Assembly: GCA_951406725.2 (NCBI GenBank)
Contig: OX597814.1
Span: 169,280,001 to 169,342,000 of the forward strand
Length of the DNA stretch: 62,000 bases
Direction: 5' to 3'
Source of the DNA: Octopus vulgaris
Taxonomy: Eukaryota
The notes beneath the pieces are model-generated. The model worked only from the letters and a program-made list of their open reading frames with translations. It was not told where the DNA came from and made no database searches. Numbering within the stretch: position 1 is the stretch's first letter; the number at the start of each line of letters is the position of its first letter. The translations under genes were made by a program, and so were the position numbers. Below are positions 52,951 to 62,000 of this stretch, one piece after another.

Positions 52951-53519
52951 CCTATACCTATATATAATCACCATCAACATCATTATCATCATCATCGTTT
53001 AATGTCTATTTTCCATGCTGGCATGAGTTGGACAGTTTAAGAGGAGATGACAAGCCAGAAAACTGTACCAAGCTCTTACCAAAGCTTGATGCTCTTCTCA
53101 ATGCCAATCGCTTTACAGTGAGTACTGTTTTGTCTTTACATGGTACTGGCACCTGTGAAGTCACCAAATAACTCATAAGACCCCTCAACTGAAAGTCGAG
53201 CCATACTAAAAAAAAAGGTGGATCTATCCCAAATGATGGGAGTTGAAAGTATGTTAGAGGAATAGAAACAGGTGTCTTGCTGTGGAGATGATGCATGGCT
53301 ATTCCAGTTGGAATAGGAAGGAAGATGGTGGTGAAGAGGTGTCAGGATGTCTCCTCAAGTTACAGGAAGTTGTAAGAGATGTGTCCCAGAAGATTGGACA
53401 GAGTGAATGGGTAGGTATATTTGCATGGGTATGAAAGGAGAGTGGCCGATGGATAGAGTTGGAGTATGGATAAAGTTGGAGTATGGATAGAGGAGAGTGG
53501 CAGATGGATAAAGGCAGCA

Positions 53520-53849
53520 AAAGCGGTGAGCTGGCAGAATCGTTAGCACGCCGGGCGAACTGCTTAGCTGTATTTCATCTGCTGTTATGTTCTGAGTTCA
53601 AATACCACCGAGGTCGACTTTGCCTTTCATCGTTTCAGGGTCGATAAATTAAGTACCAGTTACGCACTGGGGTCGATGTAATCAGCTTAATCCCTTTGTC
53701 TGTCCTTGTTTGTCCCTTCTATGTTTAGCCTCTTGTGGGCAATAAAGAAATAAGATGGATAAGGACGGCAAGCTTGGCAGAAACGTTAGCAAGCTGGGTG
53801 AAATGTTTAGCAGTATTTCATCTGCTGCCACATTCTGAGTTCAAATTCC
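53520..53849 (+). mobile_element. SINE family B monomer plus a second truncated head
   Basis: gagctggcagaatcgttagcacgccgggcg head; the second head (53763-53849) runs directly into a LINE. Confidence 0.85.
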
Positions 53850-55716
53850 ATGGTTAGATTGCTGCTTTGTACAGCAGCATCTGCTTGGTTGTTCGGGTGA
53901 ATGGTCACCTGTCAGAGCCATTCAGCATCTTGCAGTTGGTCTGTCAAGGGTGCCTTCTCTCTACCCTTCTGTATGTACTGGCTCTTGAACCATTACTGTG
54001 GAAGTTGGAGGCTTTGAGGGGTGTCCCATGTGATCTAGGATGTGGGAGAAGTGTGTCTGCTGACGCTGATGATGTCACCATCATAGTGTTGAGCCACAGG
54101 TATATAGACCTGATTGGTGAAACACATAAGGATATGGAACAGTGACAGGAAGAAAAATTAACAAGGAAAAGTCAGTGGGCTTGCATTTAAGCACCTGAAG
54201 AGGCAAGCCCATGCCATCTGACAGTGTTGTGGGGCACTGGACAGACAGTTCCGTTAAGTTGCTCGGAGTCTGGTTTAATCCAGACCTCCAGTTGGAGAAA
54301 AACTGGGATGAGGTGATGAGCAGAGTAGCCAACCTCACCCAGAAATGGGTCGAGTGGAAGCTGTCCCTGAAAGGTCAAGTGGAGGTGGTGAATGCATACA
54401 TCACATCCATCATCTATTACCACTTGACTGTCGTTCCTTGCCCTGTTTGCTGCTTGACCAAGCTGGTGCGCTTACTCTTCCGCTTTCTGTGGAAGGGGTG
54501 CATTCCACTGGTCAGGTGCTCCATATGCTGTCAACAGCCACTGCATGGTGGGCTGGGCAAGCTTGGTTACTGATGTGCAGACATGCACTATCTCTAGCGT
54601 TTCCTTGATGGTGAACAGGTGTGGTCACTGGGCACTTGGCACCTCAAGTGCTGTCAAGTGCTCACAGCTCTCTGCCAGGCAGGCAATGCGGTCAGTGGTA
54701 GTTCTACTCTAGCGTTCTATAGAAGGCTAGTGGAGGGAAAGTGCAATGACATTCTCATGGATACTCTGGGTGTTGATGAAGATAAACTAACCAGCCTGTT
54801 TCAGAGAATTTTGGGCCTGGACCTATGGATAACTTCCAGAAATCCCTTGCCTGGCAGTGCAACTGAGGGGCACTGCCTATTCGAGATAAACTTTACAGGC
54901 ATGGAAATGGCATCAGCCAGGCCTGCCCAAGGTGCGCCCAGAATGATGAAACCATTCTGCACGCCCTAGTCCAGTGCCCAAGTATTGCTGATCTGTGGGT
55001 TTATCTCGAATACCTGCTCTTGCATGTAGGACAGATCTGGCTATCAGCTGAATCCATTGTGAAGATTGCCCCACCACCCTCTTTTGACTGGGGTGGGGGC
55101 AGGCAATTTTTATTTGTGTAGTGGTTGTAGCGAAAGAGGTTGTATGGTGGACCCGTTTAAAAGGGCTAAAGACAGACACTTTCCTCTTTGGCCAAGCCCT
55201 CATCAACTTTTTCAAGTTGAGGGTGGAGAGGGAAGTATCGCCTTCTAGCAAGTTTGTTGAAAGGTGGATGAATGTTGGAAGAATGGTCAGTGTGAAAGGA
55301 CCAATTCTGAGCGTGCACCTGTATAAAAAGGGAATTAAAGAAGGGCTCTTTGTTGATCAGGCACCCATGACGTTTCTGGGTTTTTCCATGAGGACCTTAA
55401 AGTACCTCCCCTGTTGGGAGTTTCAATTTATTCTATTTTAATTGTTATTTATATTGTTTAATCATCATCATCATCGTTTAACGTCTGCTTTCCATGCTAG
55501 CATGGGTTGGACGATTTGACTGAGGTCTGGCAAACCAGATGGCTGCACCAGGCTCCAATCTGATCTGGCAGAGTCTCTACAGCTTGATGCCCTTCCTAAC
55601 GCCAACCACTCTGTGAGTATATGTGGAAAACCCATTGTATTGTCCTGTTTTTGTCTTTTATGCTGTTGCATGTCCTTTAATGTTATTGTATGTGAGCCCT
55701 TGTGGCTAAAAAAAGA
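53850..55716 (+). mobile_element. 5'-truncated L1/Tx1-clade LINE (RT to 3' end), interrupted by an RTE end at about 55462-55620
   Basis: VRVNGHLSEPF, QGCLLSTLLYVLALEPL, ADADDVT (YADD equivalent), VKLLGVWF and HGGLG motifs. Confidence 0.9.
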
Positions 55717-56219
55717 ATGAATTATTACTATTATAATAATTATTATTATTATTATTAAAAAGACAATGGATTGGCATTATTGCCTTTCTTCTTTTGGGGT
55801 GGTCAATAAAATAAGGTATCACTTTAGTACAAGGGATGATATAATCAACTCACACCCTGCCCCTAAAACTGCTGGCCTTATGCCTAAATCAGAAACTCAA
55901 AGGTGGCAGGCAAATTGGCAGAATTGTTATAGCATTGAAAAAATGCCTTGCAGTATTTCTTCCACTTATTTTACATTCTGAGTTCAAATCCTGCTGGGGT
56001 CATGTTTGCCTTTCATCCTTCCTGGGTTGATAAATAAATGTATTTCTCAAGTACTGGGATTGTTAGCCTTGAAATAACTGCCTCTCTTCACAATGACTGG
56101 CCTTAATCATAAATTACAAACATTTGTTATTGTTACAAAGTCTGTGAATGACTGAATTGGTAGTGTGTCGGTCAAAATACCATGCCATTTTTATTTAGGT
56201 GCTTACCACATTTTCCAGA

Positions 56220-56475
56220 TGCGTGGCTTAGTAGTTAGGGTGTCAGCATCATGATCGTAAGATTGTGGTTTCGATTCCTGGACCAGGTGATGCGTTGTGT
56301 TCTTGAGCTAAACACTTCATTTCACATTGCTCCTGTCCACTCAGCTGGCAAAAATTAGTAACGCTGCGATGGATTGGCATCCCATCCAGCTGGGGAACAC
56401 ATATGCCATCGAAACTGGGAAACCAGGGCCATGAGCCTGGCTAGGCTTTAAAAGGGTGCATTTATTTATTTATTT
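56220..56475 (+). mobile_element. SINE with a D-like head and E tail
   Basis: B box GGTTTCGATTCC; gctgcgatggattggcatcccatccag central block; tail shared with 32050-32160. Confidence 0.8.
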
Positions 56476-57393
56476 ATATCACATTTTCCAGCATACAAGC
56501 CAAATGTTTCAGATCAAAATTTACAGTCAAAATGGTTGTTCAACTTATATATACCAAACTGAGTATGAAGGGCTAAAGATTTCATGTGAAATGCAGTAGG
56601 ATTTATAAAGATAGTGATGATGTTTAAATGTTTATACTACATGGTTATATTATACACTACATTAACTTATATGTTGGAAAATACAGTATACACTCATGAG
56701 TTCATATTGTGCTATAGTCAGTTTTGCCTTTTATCTGTCCAGTGGAGTGGGTGATAATATAAAGTACGAGTCAAGTTCTAGAGTCAATAAAATCAACTGT
56801 TCTTTCTCTGGAATATGAGACCTCGTGTCTCTGTTAGTAATCATTATATCATCATCATCATCATCATCATTATTATTGTTATTATTATTATTGTTGTTCA
56901 TATATAATAAAGAATTAATAATAATTATTATTGTCTTTTTTTATTTATTAATAATTATATATTAATACAAAAACAAATACACTTGAGAAAGAATTACAAA
57001 CAACTAATGTGTTCCTGGCAAAATGCCACAGAAATGTACAAACAATGACTGGATTCTCAGATGGAAATAAAATCAATATGTATTACACCTTCCTCTGAAT
57101 ACTATAAGAATAATAATATCGGCTTGTTAGTTCAACACTCGGTGTTTGTGGAAAATTCCCAGCTGATGTTTACATAAATGAGAATGAATGAAGAAGCATA
57201 TGAAATTCTTGTGCAAATGGAAATTGTGATATTGTTTTATTCATTGAGTAAAACCGTTTTGGCTTCCTTCTACTCTGTTAATGAACGCGGAACAGCATGA
57301 ATGTCACAACTTCACATTTCCTTATTTTCTCTCTTGTGATAATAAAGAGGCAGTTATTTCCCCACCTTTATTTTTAGCGTGTGAGCAATCACG

Positions 57394-57628
57394 GCCTTAG
57401 TGCTGTTGTTGTTGTTGGTGGTGTTAAGCAACAAGACGGGTAAGGGTGATTAGGTGATGGTGTAGGGCTTAGGGGTGGGAGACCCCAGACCTTGGAAAAA
57501 TAAAACTATGGTCGTCTTGTTGCAGTCGAGGGCTCTTCGTTGACGCCCGACACCACTGGGAGGTGGCCCTCGAAGTCGCTGGAAATGGAGATCTCCTGGT
57601 CCGAATTCTTGAACGGCGCCTTAGTGCT
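57394..57628 (-). mobile_element. 213-bp GC-rich insert with 11-bp direct repeats and an (AAC)n tail; probable 5'-truncated retroposon
   Basis: gccttagtgct at 57394-404 and 57618-628; minus strand encodes PFKNSDQEISISSDFEGHLPVVSGVNEEPSTATRRP* and ends in aacaacaacaac. Confidence 0.6.
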
Positions 57629-57770
57629 TATTTAATAAAAGAAAAAAGGCCCTAAACAAAAGCAGTATGACATGGTTTGTTTTCATATCTGGTTTGCAAA
57701 ATTCATTATGTGAATTTGTGTGTTGAAACAAATTTTGTTGTGTCTAGGGACGGTCATTATGCCAATGTTA

Positions 57771-58047
57771 TCAACACATGCACTGGTTGAATTTCATTCC
57801 TTTATTATTAGTCACTTGGTTAAATATCCAACTAATTGGTTGTTTTGTTTAATTTGGTTAAACAGTGAGTCATTTGTTTTGCCTTTGTTTGTCAAAGCTC
57901 TTTTGTTGCTACTTGTAACCTTTCCTAAAACAAAACAAATGATTTTCTGTTTAACCAAGTTCAATGAACAATTGATTAGTTAGTTGGATATTTAACCAAT
58001 TGACTAATAATAATAGAGTGGAATTGAACCAAAGTGTGTGTTAATAA
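57771..58047. repeat. Imperfect fold-back, about 110-bp arms and 50-bp spacer (MITE-like)
   Basis: ttattattagtcacttggttaaatatccaactaa versus ttagttggatatttaaccaattgactaataataa. Confidence 0.8.
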
Positions 58048-58951
58048 TACTGGCAACCTTGGGCAAGTTTCTTCTCTCTTTAGACTCAGCAAAATGTGGC
58101 ATAGTTGTTATTGATTAACTTCTGCTCAGCTGGTACCTGAGGAGACCTACGGTCCAATCCATTCCAGCTATGACTGTCCAGTCATGTTTATCTAGAATTA
58201 CATTTTCCAGTATAGGTGCAGGTGTAGCTGTGTGGTTAAGAAGCTCACTTTGCAACCAGGTGGTTTCAAGTTCAGTCCCACTGCACAGCACCTCAGGCAA
58301 GTTTCTTCCTTTTATGGCCCTCAGCTAACCCAATGCTTTCTGAGTGAATTTGATTCACAAAAACTGTGGAAGCTCATTCGTATACACAGACACACACACA
58401 CACACACACATATATACAATCTTTTATTCTTTTATTTGTTTCAGTCATTTGACTGCAGCCATGCTGGAGCACAACCTTTAGTCGAACAAATTAACCCTGG
58501 ACTTATTCCTCGTAAGCCTAGTACTTATTCTATCGATCACTTTTGCTGAACCGCTAAGTTACCGGGGATGTAAAGACACCAACATTGCTTGTCAAGCGAT
58601 GGTGGGGGACAAAATTTGACTGAGGACTGGCAGGACAGTAAGCTGCACTAGGCTCCAATCTGATCTGGCAATGTTTCTACAGCTGGATGCCCTTCCTAAT
58701 GCCAAGACAACCACTCCGAAAGAGTGGTGGGTACCTTTTACATGCCACTAGCATGGGAGCCAGTGAGACAGCACTGGCATCAACCATGTTCGGATGGCGC
58801 TTTTTATGTACCACTGACACAAGAGCCAGTCAAGGAGGCACTAGCATCGACCACTTTTGGATGGTGCTTATTACGTGCCACCAGCACAGGTGCCAGTCAG
58901 GTGGCACTGGTATTGGCCACAACTTTATATGTATATGTATGCGTGTGTGTG

Positions 58952-59003
<52 letters not shown>

Positions 59004-60111
59004 ATTAATTAATAAGGGTGAGAGAATTAGATACTAATTTAATAGTATATCTATTCAACACCAAGTGGCCTAGTGCTCCGAGAAACCTGGATTATTATAA
59101 TATATTATAATATTTTTACAAAATAAATATAAGAGAGTGGTCACTATATGGCTCACTCTAGCACCAGTTAATCCAAAAGGTTTCAACCACAAAAATACAT
59201 GTTTATATATATATATGTGAGTGTGTGTGTGCTTGTGTTTGTCTCCCACCACTGCTTGACAGTTGGGGGTTGTTTATTTCCCCTCTGTAACTTGGTGGCT
59301 CAGCAAAAGTGATAACTAGAGTAAGTACAAGGCTCAAAAGAAAAATAAGTACTGGGGTTGATTTGTTCAACTAAATCCCCTCAAGGTGGTGTCCCACCAT
59401 GACCACAGTTGAAAAAATGAAATGAAACTAAAAAAAGACAAAAAGATGAAAAAAAAAATGTCTTTTCTTTTTCAAGATGGTAGGATGCTCTATGAGAGGG
59501 ATTTGGCTTGCTATATCTGGCAATTCAGATGACTGCTAAGAGGTTTCCCTGTTGACTCAGAAGCAATGAATAGGTATAATCTGTAGACAGGTTACCAAAC
59601 AGATTTGCATTGTCCTCTCTTCCTACATTTAGAGTTCACATCCTACGAAGAATGGCTTGTATTTTATTTATTGATCAGGATTGATAAAGTAAGTAACTGT
59701 ACTATAATGGAATTAATATACTTGACTATATATCCCCTATTCTATCCTATTGATTTATTGATTAATGACATTTGTTTATTCACCAGGGCAGCATCTTAAA
59801 CCTCAGAAGCAATTGTATTGGACTCCATATGTGTATGTATAGAATGGTTGTATGTATGTAGAAGATTTGTATGAGTGTATATATGTGTGTATGTATACCA
59901 TATGCAGATACCACAAAAGTGAATAGACACAGTCATTTTTGAAAGGTTTATTTCTAGAAACAAAATGATATCATTTGATGGATTTAAATAGTTGATCGAG
60001 TATTTAGTAGATGTGCCTTGTGCATGTTATATTGACAAGTTTGAGGCACCAAACAGTGTCCATGTAGATAAAATGGTATACTTAGGGAAGTCTATTTAGT
60101 TTTGAAATGTG

Positions 60112-60181
60112 TGTGTAAAACATTTATATTCATACTTACACACAAACAGTGAGAGCATAATAAACACGAAATCAGTGTCCA

Positions 60182-60216
<35 letters not shown>

Positions 60217-60228
60217 TGCGGAAGAGAG

Positions 60229-60276
<48 letters not shown>

Positions 60277-60366
60277 TGTGTGTGTCTGTGTGTGTGTGTG
60301 TGTAAAACATTCATATTTGTACTTACACACAAACAGTGAGAGCATAATAAACAAGAAATCAGTGTC

Positions 60367-60397
<31 letters not shown>

Positions 60398-60635
60398 AGT
60401 GCGAAAGAGAGAGAGAGTGTGTGTGTGTGTGTGTGTGTGTGAGTGTGAAAGAGAGAGAGTGTGTGGGTGTGTGTGCGAGAGAGAGTGTGCGAGAGAGAGA
60501 GAGTGTGCGAGAGAGAGAGAGTGTGTGTGTCTGTGTCTGTGTGAGTGTGTGTGTGTGTGTGTGTGTGTAAAACATTCATATTCGTACTTACACACAAACA
60601 GTGAGATCATAAAAAACAAGAAATCAGTGGCCTCT
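60112..60635 (+). repeat. Three copies of a ~70-bp unique core, each followed by (GT)n/(GA)n
   Basis: gtaaaacatt...tacttacacacaaacagtgagagcataataaac...gaaatcagtg at about 60115, 60302 and 60567. Confidence 0.9.
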
Positions 60636-60759
60636 GTGTGTGTGTGTGTGTATGTGAATGAGTATATTGATCACTGTATCAATCAACCTACCTGCATCAT
60701 CTTCTTACACTCATACGCTCACATATGTTCATTTATTCCTCTCTGTCTCTGTGCACTAG

Positions 60760-60876
60760 GTATTTGATGCCAGAAGCTACTTCTGTCACTAATCCTTGCC
60801 TGTTATCAAGAAAGAGGCTTTTTATTCTAAAGAAAAGAGTTTTGAAAGTGCACAACAGCCAGAAAGTGCAGAATAG
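60760..60876 (+). CDS. Candidate 117-nt symmetric exon (YLMPEATSVTNPCLLSRKRLFILKKRVLKVHNSQKVQN)
   Basis: Long pyrimidine tract plus CTAG acceptor, TAG|GTAATG donor, one fully open frame; no homology recognised. Confidence 0.3.
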
Positions 60877-61046
60877 GTAATGGGTGGGTGTATATTCATA
60901 TTTCAGGATTTCATTAAATGATAATGAGGATAAAAGTACTGCTGCTGGAACCACATAAAAGTTGCCCATTACACTCTGTGGAGTGATTGGTGTTAGGAAG
61001 GGCATCCAGCTGTGGAAACCATATCAGAACAGACAACGGAATTTGA

Positions 61047-61207
61047 TGCAGCCTATGGCCTTACCAGCTGTGGTCAAACTGTCCAACTCATGCCAGTATG
61101 GAAAACGGATGTTAGATGATGATGATAATCATTATTATTTAATGTCCATCTTCCATGCTGGCATGGGTTGGACAGTTTGACCACAGCTGGTAAGGCCATG
61201 GGCTGCA
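61047..61207. repeat. Tail-to-tail inverted pair of RTE 3' ends (about 68-bp arms)
   Basis: Both arms share ggccttaccagctgtggtcaaactgtcc; spacer is (GAT)n/(ATT)n. Confidence 0.85.
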
Positions 61208-61255
61208 CTAAGATCCATTGCATGTATGTTTGTCAGTGAGTGCATGTGAGTATGT

Positions 61256-61287
<32 letters not shown>

Positions 61288-61708
61288 GAAGGTATACATA
61301 TGGATGTGGAGACACACCCATATATTGGTTTGTTTTTGCGCTCATTTTCCGTGGTAGCATCAATACTGAGTTATTATTTTATAATCAAATGCCCTTCCTG
61401 TTGTGCTCTCTGACATGCTTTTCAAGCAAGGGATCTCTTCAAAAGCACAAAGCTACTGAATAATTTATTGACAGACGAACAACAATAAACTTCAATGCTT
61501 ACAGCTTACATATTATTTTGCATGGGAAGTACACACAATGTAAATATTCACATAGACACATACACACATATTCATATACATACTTACTAGTCAACAGAAT
61601 TTTAAAAAAAAGTTTGTTATTTCTATATTGAATCAACTTCGGAATTAATCTCAAAAATTTTTTTCCTCTTCAGTAGAAAATACAATAAGAAATAAATGAA
61701 ATACTTAC

Positions 61709-61771
61709 ATGCACCCATGGAAAAAAAGCCGAAGCAAAAGTCATGAGTACACATAAGTACCCCAGTTAAAT
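61709..61771 (-). CDS. Candidate 63-nt symmetric exon (LTGVLMCTHDFCFGFFSMGA)
   Basis: ttttatatttag acceptor, CAT|GTAAGTAT donor, phase 1-1, one open frame; no homology recognised. Confidence 0.35.
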
Positions 61772-62000
61772 CTAAATATAAAACCCTTTGGCTAGCCTTA
61801 GCACACGTGTGAACTGTTCTCCACTACAGCTTATAGTGGTTACCAGTCCCTATAGGGAAAAGTAATAAATCTACTACTAATATAGGATGAAGCTTTTTTA
61901 CAGAAAAAAATTTCATCAAAAAGTGGCAGCATATCAAAATACCTTTAAAAGTTAAAATTATAAACAACTTATAAACAAGGGCAAAAGAAAATTATTTCCA

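Noticed and set aside
60112-60635. Repeat-spacer appearance resembling a CRISPR array
   Set aside because: Eukaryotic context, 70-bp cores, microsatellite spacers, no cas genes.
61870-62000. TCTACTACTAATA, a possible Helitron 5' end
   Set aside because: The 3' hairpin/CTAG end is not within the window, so it cannot be supported.

Overview
This is very AT-rich, microsatellite-dense eukaryotic DNA. The repeat content ((TA)n/(CA)n/(GAT)n arrays, several tRNA-derived SINE families, RTE, CR1 and L1/Tx1 LINE remnants, Tc1/mariner MITEs, a Helitron, solo LTRs) resembles a coleoid cephalopod (Octopus-like) genome; that assignment is an inference. I cannot call any intact host protein-coding gene. 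Almost all ORF-track entries are microsatellite or antisense-TE artefacts, and only a few low-confidence exon candidates and one possible decayed 7TM-like fragment remain. Two structures stand out beyond the ORF track. (1) At least five different short elements carry minimal type-I hammerhead ribozyme motifs (CUGANGA-stem II-GAAA-palindromic stem III-UH). Most sit in or beside (TA)n arrays, and two are arranged as outward-facing inverted pairs: a near-perfect ~690-bp palindrome at 24740-25426 and a ~1.7-kb inverted duplication at 25639-27329. This fits Penelope-like/retrozyme-like elements. (2) There are many fold-back and locally templated inverted duplications, including a MITE that has captured an inverted 357-bp copy of its own flank. 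The first ~3.5 kb looks like unpolished long-read sequence. Coordinates were read by eye; TE boundaries are approximate.
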